This document shows positions 45,389 through 58,585 of a DNA stretch of 64,000 nt, in pieces. Position numbers and translations under genes: made by a program. The notes under the pieces are model-generated. The model searched no databases, was not told the origin of the DNA, and saw only the letters and a list, made by a program, of their open reading frames with translations. Positions within the stretch are counted from its first letter, which is position 1; each line of letters begins with the position of its first letter. This DNA is from Eledone cirrhosa (lineage: Eukaryota): the NCBI GenBank assembly GCA_964016885.1, contig OZ024740.1:367598001-367662000 (forward strand), in the 5' to 3' direction.

Positions 45389-45596
45389 TCCTTTGTCAGT
45401 GTTGAACAAATGAGCAACGATGGTTGCTAGACACCGTACGGCTTAATTCGGGATGTTTGTTTACAAACACACCGAGCATTATAATGAATGTTCGGTGAAT
45501 CCATACGTACATATATATATGTGTGCATGTATATATATATACATACTACTGTGCGTCTGTATACATATATGTATGTACGTATATATACTTATATAT

Positions 45597-45656
<60 letters not shown>

Positions 45657-45792
45657 CAAAGGAATACTGGTAAGGAACCAGATGGACCATAACGCACCAG
45701 ATTACTCAATACTTAGGGTAGTAGAGTGGGAAATAGTCCAGAAATAGCCGTCGAAACGGGTTGAGCTCTGCCGTCAGGGACATACTTTTCCC

Positions 45793-45835
<43 letters not shown>

Positions 45836-45840
<5 letters not shown>

Positions 45841-46255
45841 ATATTAACAAATGTAAACTATATTTATAAAAGCATATTTATTTCATTATACATATTTCAA
45901 GGGCCACCATATCAAACTATGGTGCGCTTTCATCAGATAAAATATAATATAGGTTAGTTTTATAAATAAATATTGACATACACTAAAAAAATGCAACCAT
46001 TCTGGTCGGAATCTCTTGCATTTTTTAAGTGAATGTCAATATTTATTTATAAAACTAACCTATATTATATTTTATCTGATGAAAGCGCATCATAGTTTGC
46101 TTGGTGGCCATTGAAATATGTATAATGAAATAAATATGGTTTTATAAATATAGTTTCCATTTGTTAATATATTGTATATTTACTCCAATAATTTGTTGAG
46201 TGCTTTATATCAGTTATAAAAATATTTTGCTTGTTGTATCCCAACAAATTAAATA
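45836..46255. mobile_element. Palindromic solo-pLTR of the 25633-30035 PLE family, HHR on each arm
   Basis: Inverted arms centred near 46005. HHRs at 45879-45944 (-) and 46068-46132 (+). Confidence 0.85.
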
Positions 46256-46637
46256 CGTCCTCTCTCTCTATATATATATACATGTATATCAGGAAGGAAT
46301 ACTTGAATAAGAAAGCTGCTTAACAGAGAGTTTGGCTCGACGGTATCCTTTGAATCGTATAACAGAAATAGCCAAGCAGAGGAATTTGGTATATTGATCC
46401 AGAGAATATCACGGAGTATATTAATTATTTCTACATTTGGCACAAGGCCAGCAATTAATCAGTGCATCACTGGTACTTTATTAACCTCGACGGGATTTAA
46501 ACTCAGACCGTAAAGGGTCATGACTATGGTGGAAATTATATTAATATAAGCAAGTATTGCACTAAGAATTATATAAACGTCGGCGATGGGAGATTAGGAA
46601 TTTCCTAATTTCCTTATCTATATACATAAATAAATAC

Positions 46638-46704
<67 letters not shown>

Positions 46705-46707
46705 ACA

Positions 46708-46910
46708 TAAACAGAGAAAGCCTTAAGCGATACTCCGACCAACTCAACAAACATTAGGATATACTTAAGTATTATCCCAATTTAGTGTTTGGGGTGCTAA
46801 CTAATCAGTATTGTGTGTATAATTGGTTGTATTATTTTATATGAGACATTATTAAAAAAATATCTCATTTCTTCCAGACAGCCGTTTCGTTATAAGATTT
46901 CTACAATTTA
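46708..46910 (-). mobile_element. Fragment of the 729-nt HHR element family
   Basis: Reverse-complement similarity to 20745-20950. 3' half of the HHR reads GAAA-C GGCT G-TC-TGGA. Confidence 0.7.
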
Positions 46911-46940
46911 GGATAAATAATATATATATATATATATATA

Positions 46941-47119
46941 GTAATAATAATAAATTTGATAACTAAAATCCAAAGAGGGCTCGATAAAGCTAAGTATATA
47001 TCAGATATATAAGAACCGTAGAGCAAATATTTATTAAAATAACAGATTAAAGTTTAAACAAATAATCGGTGCTTTCACCCGGCGAATCTTTGCTTACACT
47101 TTAATCTGTTATTTTAATA
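46941..47119. repeat. Short hairpin-ended repeat, second copy at 59914-60098
   Basis: Shared GTAATAATAATAAATTTGA..CCAAAGAGGG and inverted TATTAAAATAACAGATTAAAG arms. Confidence 0.75.
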
Positions 47120-47313
47120 TATATATATATATATATTGGTAAAAACAAATAGCAGGCTATATCCGTACAAAGCAAAAGCTCAGTCTAGAGGGCATGTTCA
47201 GTATAGAATTAGTTCCACAACAAATTAGCAAACACGTTTCGCTTAGCTGACTTTCAACCCAAGTGAGGTAGTGCTGAGAACGGAAGTGTATATGAAATAT
47301 CACACACACACCC

Positions 47314-47345
<32 letters not shown>

Positions 47346-47354
47346 TTGTGTCTG

Positions 47355-47420
<66 letters not shown>

Positions 47421-48039
47421 CTGTAATATATATATATATATTTTAAAAAAGCACTTTCATTTTATATTCATCTTTTCCATATATATATATGAACTGACTA
47501 TAAAGTCTGATTGTTCTTAGTTATCGCATCATGATGGGTATCATCTGAATATTGTCTCTACTATTAGTTTGGATACAAACTATTCTCTGAAACGCTGCCG
47601 TGAGCATTACATTATCTACATGATGCTGTAAATATTCCATCAGCATTGCCCAAATGATGTTGGCATCATCTTTAAAACACACCTAAGTCCTGAGCCCCTG
47701 GCTCTACACACACAACAAAAGTCAAACTCGCATCTTGTAACAGTAATACTGGTAGTGCTCTGTTTAACATAACACCAACATATTAAAACAGATACATATC
47801 CCATAATATTCACAATGTCTTGGGACAAATATTTCCAAGACATCTTGAATAAATCTCCTACACTCGGATATATGTCCGTAAATGGTAATTCTTTACTTGA
47901 GTGGGACATGGTGTCGAAATCCTGATTTGAAAGAGTTCACCATGTCTTGCTATTAAGCTAGACGTTTTCGGGGCCTACACTGGCCAAAACTTATCAAAGT
48001 TATGAAATTTATAGTTCATGTATACAAGCCGGATTTTCT

Positions 48040-50110
48040 TCAGTTTTCTTTTTGTTTAAAATGAATTCGTTTGGTGTGTCATCTTTTCCGACCTCCAGAA
48101 TAAAATTGATAAACTCCACGAGAATTTTATTTTCAAAACTCATAAAAACTCCCCAAACAAACCAGCGTTCATATTCATATTGTTCAAAATTTATGTCTAG
48201 AACTCATTCAGGATATTCATTTCGAAAGAGAAGCAACCCCCATCCAATAGACTTTGAACAAATGATTCTTACGGATAAAGGATTCTAATATGATTCATGT
48301 TCACTTGGATAAAACCGGTAGTCTATAACATGTTGAGGGGAGTACTTACCAGCAATTTTTATTTAATTGTGTTACCAATCATCACCAAAAAAACTGATCG
48401 GCTTGTAATTAATGTCATAATTGACGCTGGTCTAAAAATCACTTCTGAATTAAATATCCAGAAATGGTCTGAACCACTGAAACTTGTTACAATTCATTTT
48501 AATCTGAAGAATCACAAACTATCAATTCGGCTAATTTTGATTTATGTAGGCTTAGTAAGATAACGTTACATATAATTATATTCTAAATTAAAGATATATC
48601 ACCTTCTAACCTTGTGGAATAATTCTTTCGGATTAAGGGATTGTTTTAGGAGCATACATAACAAGGAACTCTACTGCTTTAAAACTTTTCAAAATTATCA
48701 ACTATTATACATCTATCACCTTACCACTTCTTCTAATAGCTATTCACTTCCATAAAGCGCTTACAGAGATTAAATAGTTCAATGGTGATGTCATGGTACA
48801 TGCTCGTAAATCGCTGAAAAAATTTGATAATTCTATTTGGCTAAATAAATCGAATGGGACTAGGGGTGCTAGCGATTCGTCGGTGGTCACAAACATTTCG
48901 GTCTATTTTTACTTTTCGATATCAAGGATGAATTCTCAAATATAGCTGGAGGTTATACCGTAATGATGGACGTTTTAATATAATTAAGTGCGCACCCCGA
49001 GCTATTGATAAGTTTAGAAGGCTGCTTATTGATTTTATTAATGGTGTCGACATTCGCATTCAAGTTGACACTAACCTATCTGTGAACTCGCTTGATGCGA
49101 TACCCAATATGTCGAATGGCCTGTACTACCCGTATAGAAAGACCAATGACATTTAACATTTTAAATTACATTTTCATCCATATATTACAATGAAGGTCTG
49201 GCTCGGAGTGGATTTCTAGATGAGTTACAATATAGTAAATACGTATACAAAACTAAGAAAAATAAATCTGGACGCATTATATGGTATAACCCAACATCTA
49301 ATATAGAAGTGGCCACTCCAATAGCAAAAGCTTTCCTTAAATTAAATAGAAATCATCTCTCCTTATTGGCAGTATCGGTAGAAGGTTGGACGCACCGCTT
49401 TCTAGCATAGTTACATCTCTTTAGGCTCTGAGTTCAAATCCCGTCGAGGTCAACTTTCCCTTTCATCCTTACGGGGTCGATAAAATAAAGTACCAGTAAT
49501 GTACTGGGTTATTGCTGTCCTTGTGCCAACAGTAGAAACAATTATTGTCATAAGATGTTAATAGAAACGCAGTTAGAATATCCTATCCCATAACTCCTAA
49601 CTTTAAACACATGATCACTGCTTCTAACCAAGTTAAATTATCTAGCCGCAGTAATAATCCTGAACTTACTTATAGCTGCAAATGTATTAATAGGAACTAC
49701 TAGCTGAGAAATGTCTATCAAGCAATATTGTTTATAAATAGAAGGTTGATACATCCACTACTACTAAGGCTTGCATAGATTTAATAGCCAGTGTATCCAA
49801 GCAGCATATATACATGCACTCGCATCCATACCAAACCTTTAGGAAGGAATATGACTTCACTTTCAGCCTGTATCTGAGAGTTTAAAAGACAATAGCATAC
49901 ATATGGGTTACACACTGAGAAATCCTAGATAAGGCTAAATACTATACTAGCAATAACATACATTGTGAAGTTTGTGTTGCTGAATCCCCAGAAATACTTT
50001 ACGCCCATAAATGTAATGTTTTCTAAGTTGTTCAAGACTTAGAAAGGGTTTTATATCGAATAATACAAGATATGTTTACGAATAAAAGTTTGAAAGCCTT
50101 TATCTATGAA
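48040..50110 (+). pseudogene. Old, heavily decayed PLE ORF with nested SINE
   Basis: Remnants HLDKTGSL, ARKSLKKFDNSIW, GASDSSVVT, YYPYRKTND and IIWYNPT..TPIAKAFLKL occur in PLE order. Confidence 0.7.
49366..49545 (+). mobile_element. tRNA-derived SINE nested in decayed PLE
   Basis: TGGCAGTATCGG..GAGTTCAAATCC..CCTTGTGCC. Confidence 0.85.
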
Positions 50111-50448
50111 TTTTAAAGGTGATATTTGACGTCATCTATCTTGTTCCAGCAGAAACAAGAGGAAGCTACTGACAGCACTGTGTCTGGATATTTGGTCGGT
50201 GTCAAGGTCAAGCAGAACTTCCTTCATTACTATTCGAACTCAAATAAGCAGAAAACATAGATGCTTATGCATATGGGCTGAGTAGCATAACTTGCGTACA
50301 GAGGTTTAGACGGTCTCAGCCTGAATAAGAATTAGAATTAGGATGTTCGCTCCAGCAGAGCTTTATGCATACATACATACATACATACATACATACATAC
50401 ATACATACATACATACATACATACATACATACATACATACATACATAC

Positions 50449-51309
50449 AAAAGAGATAAGGATGCTGGCAAAACATCTAGATTTGATAACAAGTGCAGAC
50501 TCTGCAGAATTAACATTGAAGATGTCACCCATGACATAGGCAGCTGTCGAAAGATGTCATCGCCTTACTATCTACCTATGAGGCATGATGTAGTGGCCAT
50601 AACACTATAATGCAATCCGTAGAAAATATAGCCCCGATAATAAACACATTAAAAGCTACAGCAAAGTGGAAGACATATATATACATAATATGAAAGAGTA
50701 CTTGTAGAATGTTCCAGTAAAATCCCCAATAAAATGCAGGCATAACAGAGCAGATATAATGATATGGGACAGGGAAAAGAAGGCATGCACAGTAGTGGAA
50801 GTTAGCTGCCCAGCAGATGCCAATATAATATAAAAGATTAGCGAAAATAATAATATTTATGCAGAACTGATGAGTAATCTCCAGATTCTCCACCCTGATT
50901 ATACCTTCAGATTTATGCCGGTGATTATTGGGGCACTGGGATATATTAGTAATTGCCTCAATACAAATCTTGAGAAGCTGGGCTTCACAGGAACAGAAAG
51001 AACACCACTAGTTAGGAAATTACAAGTACAATCCATTAATGGAACAGTAAAATTATGTAAAACATTCCAAAAATGTTGCATCTAATAATTGCATGTACAG
51101 ATACTAAGCATATACACATGCACACATACAACTCAAAACATCCACATCCACACATACAATAACATCAATATCTACAAACCCATGCATTCAGACATGCATA
51201 CATATCTACCTAGTTGATGTGTAAATTCCAATGAGAGAGTCTTTCGTCTATGTTAGAAACCGACTGTCACTCTCTATTGGCAAACATTTGTGAAATTATA
51301 AAACCAGAA

Positions 51310-51312
<3 letters not shown>
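50449..51312 (+). mobile_element. 3' end of RLE-type non-LTR retrotransposon (R4/Dong-like)
   Basis: CRLC..HDIGSC zinc knuckle, MRHDVV, HNRADIMIWD..VVEVSCP and PVIIGALG. Lies between (CATA)n and (TA)n. Confidence 0.85.
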
Positions 51313-51375
<63 letters not shown>

Positions 51376-51381
51376 TTCTGG

Positions 51382-52273
51382 TGAGCAAAAATAGATCTCT
51401 ATCTGCATTGTGTATCTGCTGTGGTGTCAAAAACAAACGCGCATGACCGCACAGATAAACAATGGACTATGCCACGTGGCTTGAAACTGTAAGTGAATTG
51501 AAGGTTCTGTAACTCTGATACACAGATTATTTATTATTAAGATATATAAACTTGACATAACTATTATCATCTTATATTCTCTCAACTAATCACATTTGAT
51601 CATATTTCTCTATCCCGTTTTCTCCCCCCCATAATTATAAACATTTTTATTATTATTTGAAAAAAATCGGTTTTTTTACATTGTGTTTTCCCCTCCAAAT
51701 ATTCGCTTATATTTCTTTATATATTCTCTATATATTTTTTTATCTTTATTATTTCCACTTTTATCCTCCTTTATATTTTACCTTATTCTTACTTTTATAC
51801 CTTATTATAGTGTAATCTTCCCCATGCCTTATTATACACTATTAATTATAGATTATTATTATTACACTTTTTCCATTTCTAATTACCTCATGTACTTTCT
51901 CCTCCGCTATATATATATATATATTGTATGCCCTTTGTGTTTGTGTAGCCTCTGCACACCCTCTGCACCATACTATCGACGCCACCCCATCTATGGTTCA
52001 GCTAACCACTCGACTCCCGGGAATGAATATGACCGCAGCTAGTAAACAAGGACCCACACCCCACCCTCCCGCACCAAAATTAGACTTATCGTCCCCTACT
52101 TTTGCTCTTTACTCTCTTTACACTTTGTTCTTGAATGTTTGGTTGGTAGAGTCCATAACACAAATCAAACCCCTTTTATAGCTCTGATGAATCCTACGGT
52201 TACACGTAAGGAAGAAACATTGTAAGCCAATACAAATCTTTTGATGTTGTAGACGCTCTTGTGTTCTTTTTCA
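51382..52273 (+). mobile_element. ~880-bp non-coding repeat ending in an HHR and (TA)n (copy 2)
   Basis: Colinear with 35929-36816. HHR at 52181-52227: GCT-CTGATGA-..-GAAA-CattG-TA-AGC. Confidence 0.8.
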
Positions 52274-52333
<60 letters not shown>

Positions 52334-52394
52334 TATATATATACATATATATATACATATATATATATATATATGTATATATATAAATATAAAC

Positions 52395-52472
<78 letters not shown>

Positions 52473-52481
52473 GTTTATATT

Positions 52482-52572
<91 letters not shown>

Positions 52573-52577
<5 letters not shown>

Positions 52578-53043
52578 ATTAATAAATTGAAACTATATTT
52601 ATAAAACCATATTTATTTCATTATATATATGTCAAGGATACCAAGTTAAATCATGGTATGCCTTCATCAGACAAAATACAATATATAACAGTTTTACAAA
52701 TAGATATTGACGTACCCTTTCAAAAAGGTGACCGTTGTTTTTGGAGATCATCCGGATAGATGGAGACTGTCCGGATGGTCTCCAAAAACAACGGTCACCT
52801 TTTTGAAAGTGTACGTCAATATCTATTTGTAAAACTGTTATATATTGTATTTTGTCTGATGAAGGCATACCAAGATTTAACTTGGTATCCTTGAAATATA
52901 TATAATGAAATAAATATGGTTTTATAAATATAGTTTCCATTTATTAATATTGTATATCTACTCCAAATATTTGTCGAGTGCTTTATATCAGTTATAATAA
53001 TATTTGCTTGTTGTATCCCAACAATTTAAATAGAACTTTTGCA
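52573..53043. mobile_element. Palindromic solo-pLTR of the 25633-30035 PLE family
   Basis: ~185-bp near-perfect inverted arms centred near 52762. HHR 52848-52912 (+) is intact. HHR 52614-52678 (-) has GACA for GAAA. Confidence 0.88.
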
Positions 53044-53271
53044 TATATATATATATATATTTTAAGTAAAAATGGCGTAGACATGCAGTATAACATGAGG
53101 AACATAATAGTACCACTGATGATGTTGTAGATGCGCAACGAAAGAACTTTGTTAGACTGTATATATGTATTTATATCTGTATATTTGACCGTTCGTCAGT
53201 CAATGATAAACATTGAGGACCAAATGAATTAACTGTGGAGATATAAAAGATACATATATTTATGTATATGA

Positions 53272-54176
53272 CCCGAACTCCACCGAAAGATCGGATAAGG
53301 AATCATTTACAGCTGACGAAGGAAACTCCTTTCTTCCTTTCTTCTCTTGTTCCGTCCTAACCACCACCCTAAACCTTGTTTTTAGTAACCACACAGCTCC
53401 TTTCGTTTCATATCATTTTTATTTAGCGCTGTGACCCTACCTGCGTTGGTCGATCTGTGTTCCCTCCACACTGTCGCATCGGCCCTCTCTTCTCTCTTCT
53501 TTTCTCCTCATAATCGTTCTTTCTCTCTCCCTCTCTCTCTCTCTCTATCCATCCGTTCGGTTTTTATTGTTGACATGTTCACACGTGTTGTGGGGGCTTC
53601 TCTGTTCACAATCTTTGCGGCACGTTTTTACCACCGTCGTAAAAAAAACCCTTCTCCTCCTCACTTTTGGTTGCTCGTGTCTCTCTCTTACTTTCTCCTG
53701 TCTATGTGAGAGGCAGCACGATTATACCGAGTCGTAGCTGACCACCAGGCTAAAATCTCACAGGCTGGCCACAACTTATTTTCCCCATTTTTCCACAGTT
53801 ACTCTTTTGCATGTTTCTTTCACCTGTGTCTTCCCACGATGGGACCTGTTCACTATTTTCTCCTATTCTTTCTCTATTTTGCTTCCCCCTTTCTTGCTCC
53901 CTCCCCATCTCCCCCCTCTGTTCTTCCTCTTTCCCTCTCTTTAGTTTTCTCTCTCCTTTTGTCTCCCCTTTCTCTTTCTCTCTTTTGATTAATAAAAGGC
54001 CACGGGCGCACCCGAACTCCAACGATGTCCTGTAATTCAGCGCCGAAACATCGGATCGGGAATCATTTACAGCTGACGAAGAAAACTCCTTTCTTCCTTT
54101 CTCCTCTTGTTCCGTCCTAACCACCACGCTAAACCTTGTTTTTAGTAAGCACACAGCTCCTTTGGTTTCGTATCAT

Positions 54177-54177
<1 letters not shown>
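53272..54177 (+). mobile_element. Non-coding element with ~150-bp direct terminal repeats, 760-nt period
   Basis: 53272-53417 is repeated at 54011-54177. Degenerate HHR-like motif at the start of the second repeat. Confidence 0.7.
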
Positions 54178-54212
<35 letters not shown>

Positions 54213-54224
54213 ATATATATATAT

Positions 54225-54736
54225 AGTTATACTTGGGGAGGGTCATATTGTTGTAATGGTATTGCCAGGACTCCTTGTTTCTACTTTGGGCACAAGGCCA
54301 GCTATTACGCCAGTGTATTACTGGTACTTTATCTTATCGACCCCATAAGGATGAAAGGCAAAGTTAACATCGGCGGGATTTGAACTCAGAATGGCAAGGG
54401 CCGTAACTCAATGCGTCAAAGCATGGAGTCCGACTATCTACGATACTGCCAATCCACCGCCCTTAATATTGCCAGAAATAATAACAGAAAACACTCACTG
54501 TTTGGTTGGTTTTCGCTTCTGTATCTTTTATATCTCCACAAGTAATTCATTCGGTCCTCAATATTTACCATTGAATGACCAACGGTAAAAAATTCAGATA
54601 TAATATAGATATAAACACATATATATAGTCTAAGAAAGTTATTTCTTTGCACATCTGCAACATAGTGGTGCTATTATGTTCCTCCTGTTGTATTGTATAT
54701 CTACGCCATCTTTATTTTATTTTATTTTACCTGTTT

Positions 54737-54768
<32 letters not shown>

Positions 54769-54898
54769 TATTTTTGTCTTCTTCTCTGCGTGTGTGTTCT
54801 GTTATTATTTCTGGCAATATTGTTACAACAATATGACCCTCCCCAAGTATAACAATCTTTGTTTCGACACACGATTTCATATCAAAAATCTCGCAATG

Positions 54899-54900
<2 letters not shown>
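54225..54900. mobile_element. Family-A pLTR fold-back containing a SINE (54275-54463, minus)
   Basis: Inverted GTTATACTTGGGGAGGGTCATATTGTTGTAA ends. Inner part is reverse-similar to 53064-53255. Confidence 0.7.
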
Positions 54901-54939
<39 letters not shown>

Positions 54940-55038
54940 TCATATACATATATATGTATATAACTCTCTTTGTGTGTGTGTGCCTGTGTGTGTGTATGTG
55001 AGAGAGCGAGAGAGCGAGAGAGAGAGTATGTGTGCGTT

Positions 55039-55101
<63 letters not shown>

Positions 55102-55232
55102 GTGAGGTTTTTTTTACAAAATGAAAAATAACGGAGGTGTCCTACACGAGTGAAAGTATAAAGAAAAAGAGATGAAATCGAAAATGCAACTGGAGTCTTA
55201 TTTTTTTTTTAAATATATATATTTATTTGGTT

Positions 55233-55270
55233 CCTTTACCGGTTTCGCAGTTCTTCTGCTTTTCAAAAGG
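55233..55270 (-). ncRNA. Minimal hammerhead ribozyme, U3-A8 variant
   Basis: Reverse complement of 58474-58511. Confidence 0.78.
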
Positions 55271-56551
55271 TGAGTTGAGATGGAGGGTCTGTGGTTTTTC
55301 TCACATCTGGTTGGTCTCTGAATGTTACTTGTTTTATATGGAAAAAGTGGCTCGAAATGCCAGGTTTTTGGAGAAGTAATTTGATTGGTTTGTCAATAAT
55401 TATAATAAATTTCGTGCCAGTTCGCGTTACAATAGTTCTTCAAATAAGAGGGGGGGTTTCACAGGTTGTTTTTTTATATATGAGTGTTTGAATTTATTTT
55501 TACTTGAAAAAAGGAGGTTCACGAAGGCTTTTTTTCGTTGGTTATAAATGAAATTATGGGTGTCACGTGGACAAATTTTCATTAAATTTGTGTGCCCTTA
55601 TTTGGAAATCCATTCTGTAGCATTTTTAGCGAATTTTTTGATAAGTGAAAGATAATGGTCAAGAGAAAGGGATGGGAGAATTGTTCTGGTTCAGTGAATA
55701 TGGTTAGTTCGCTGGGGTGTCAGAATTCAGATTTTCTATTGAATAAAGAAAGTAAAGATATGTGTGTTTATTTGTGTGCTTGTGTGTGTGTGTGTGTGTT
55801 TGAATTTCTTTACTTTAAAAAAAGGTGGCTCACGAAGGCTTTTTTTTAATAAACGTGATTTGATTGGTTATAAATTAAATTTGGCTGTCACGTGAACAAG
55901 TTTTCATTACATTTTTGCGCCCTTATTTGGAAAACTATTCTGTAGTCTTTATAGCGAATGTTATGACAATGGAAAGATAGTGGTCAAGAGAAATGGGATT
56001 GGGAGAATTGTTCTGGTTCAGTGAATATGGTTAGTTCGCTGAGGTGTCAGAGTTCAGATTTTCTATTGAAGTGAAGATATGTATGTTTATTTGTGTGCTT
56101 GTGTGTGTGTATGTGTGTGTGTGTATGTGTGTAATGGAAGATGATTCTATTAGTAGAAATGGGGGAGGGAGTTGTGTGTGTGTGTATATGGGTTTTATGT
56201 GTGTGTGTGCGAGTATGTTAAGATGGAGAGAATATATATTTTGTGTGTGTGTATATATATATGTGTGTAGGAAAGTGGTTCTATTAGTAGAAATGGGGAG
56301 GGAGTTGTGGGTGTGGGGGTTGTTATGTGTGTGTATGGGTGTTATGTGTGTGGGAGTATGGTTAGCATGTTAAGATGAAGAGAATATATATATATATTGT
56401 GTGTGTGTATGTGTGTGTGTGTAGGAAAGTGATTCCTTTAGTAGGAATATTTTTGAATGAACATATTTTCCTTACTTATTCGTGTTTGCTGTTGTATTGT
56501 CAGTGCAAACGTATGTTAAGGTTTATTTAGTTCGGGTTTTTATTTTCTATA

Positions 56552-57040
56552 TTATGGTCTATATTTTTGAATAAACATATTTTCCTTATTTATTCGCATT
56601 TGTTCTGTTGTATTGTTAGCGCAAAGGTAAAATGGGAAGACTTGGAATTTGGCTGTCTTATTACTTGCGCAAATGTCTAGATGTGCACTTAGTGGTATCT
56701 GTCTCGTGGTTGGATCTCGTAATTGTTGGCGATGAACTGTCATTCTGTTTCTGAGTGTGAGTTTAGTTTGTACTATATAATCTTCATTGCATCCTTTACA
56801 TTTAATGGCATAAAGTAGATTTTTTGATGAGCAAGTGAAGTGATTTTTTACAGTAAAATTTTGTCCTGATTTAAATGTATACGTGTTGCCTTCAATGAGG
56901 TGAGTGCAGGTTCCACAATTAGAGCGACCACATTTTTTTATACTTGGTTGTGGGTTTGTGGTAGGTAATTTGGCATTGGTGAGTAATGTTTTCAGTGATT
57001 TTGGTTGTCTTTTGCTTTTGATTATTTTGTGTGTTTCAAA
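56552..57040 (-). pseudogene. PLE GIY-YIG endonuclease fragment
   Basis: KRQPKSLK..CGRSNCGTC..LLYAIKCKGCNEDYIVQT..RMTVHRQQ, homologous to 3477-3920. Confidence 0.9.
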
Positions 57041-57580
57041 ATTCGAATAAATAAGGAAAATATGTTTATTCAAAAATATAGACCAACATTAAATATGGTT
57101 TAATATACATTATGTCAACACCATAATATGACATACACACACACACATAACACCTTCTACTTGAGAAAATAAAAACCCGAACTAAATAAACATTAACATA
57201 CGTTTGCACTGACAATACAACAGCAAACACGAATAAGTAAGGAACATATGTTCATTCAAAAATATTCCTACTAAAGGAATCACTTTCCTACGCACACACA
57301 TACACACACACACACAATATATATATATATATATTCTCTTCATCTTAACATGCTAACCGTACTCCCACACACATAACACCCATACACACACATAACCACC
57401 CCCAACCCATAACTCCCTCCCCATTTCTACTAATAGAACCACTTTCCTACACACATATATATACACACACAAAATATATATTCTCTCCATCCTAACATAG
57501 TCGCACACACACACATAACACCCATATACACACACACACACAACTCCCTCCCCCATTTCTACTAATAGAATCATCTTCCA

Positions 57581-57638
<58 letters not shown>

Positions 57639-58473
57639 ACACACTAGCCCACAAATAAACATACATATCTTCACTTCAATAGATAATCTGAATTCTGACA
57701 CCCCAGTGAACTAACCATATTCACTGAACCAGAACAATTCTCCCAATCCCATTTCTCTTGACCACTATCTTTGCATTGTCATAACATTCGCTATAAAGAC
57801 AACAGAATAGGTTTCCAAATAAGGGCGCAAAAATGTAATGAAAATTTGTTCATGTGACAGCCAAATTTAATTTATAACCAATCAAATCACGTTTATTAAA
57901 AAAAAGCCTTCGTGAGCCACCTTTTTTTAAAGTAAAGAAATTCAAACACACACACACACACGCACACACACACACACACACACACAAGCACACAAATAAA
58001 CACACATATCTTTACTTTCTTTATTCAATAGAAAATCTGAATTCTGACACCCCAGCGAACTAACCATATTCACTGAACCAGAACAATTCTCCCATCCCTT
58101 TCTCTTGACCATTATCTTTCACTTATCAAAAAATTCTCTAAAAAGGCTACAGAATGGATTTCCAAATAAGGGCACAAAAATTTAACGAAAATTTGTTCAC
58201 GTGACAGCCATAATTTCATTTATAACCAACCAAAAAAAAAAGCCTTCGTGAGCCTCCTTTTTTCAAGTAAAAATAAATTCAAACACTCATATATGAAAAA
58301 ACAACCTGTGAAGATGTATTGTAACGCGAACTGGCGCGAAATTTATTATAATTATTGACAAACCAATCAAATTACTTCTCGAAAAACCTGGCATTTCGAG
58401 CCACCTTTTCCATATAAAACAAGTGACATTCAACCAGATGTGAGAAAAACCACAGACCCTCCATCTCAACTCA

Positions 58474-58511
58474 CCTTTTGAAAAGCAGAAGAACTGCGAA
58501 ACCGGTAAAGG
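58474..58511 (+). ncRNA. Minimal hammerhead ribozyme, U3-A8 variant
   Basis: CCTT-TTGAAAA-GCAG aagaa CTGC-GAAA-CCGG-TA-AAGG. Confidence 0.78.
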
Positions 58512-58585
58512 AACCAAATAAATATATATATTTAAAAAAAAAATAAGACTCCAGTTGCATTTTCGATTTCATCTCTTTTTCTTTA

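Larger units (their letters stand above)
44636..45597. mobile_element. Head-to-head pair of ~420-430-nt circularly permuted HHR units (retrozyme-like family L)
   Basis: Minus arm 44636-45088 and plus arm 45089-45597. Each arm is terminally redundant and has one HHR (44889-44931 -, 45346-45388 +). Confidence 0.85.

Noticed and set aside
51222-51272. HHR-like string in the RLE LINE 3' UTR (CCAATGA..GAAACCGACTGTC)
   Set aside because: Core has two mismatches and stems I/II do not pair convincingly.
57041-57073. Start codon and N-terminus (MNKHIFLIYS) of ORF 56552-57073
   Set aside because: Contributed by the inverted arm at the fold-back junction, not a real gene start.
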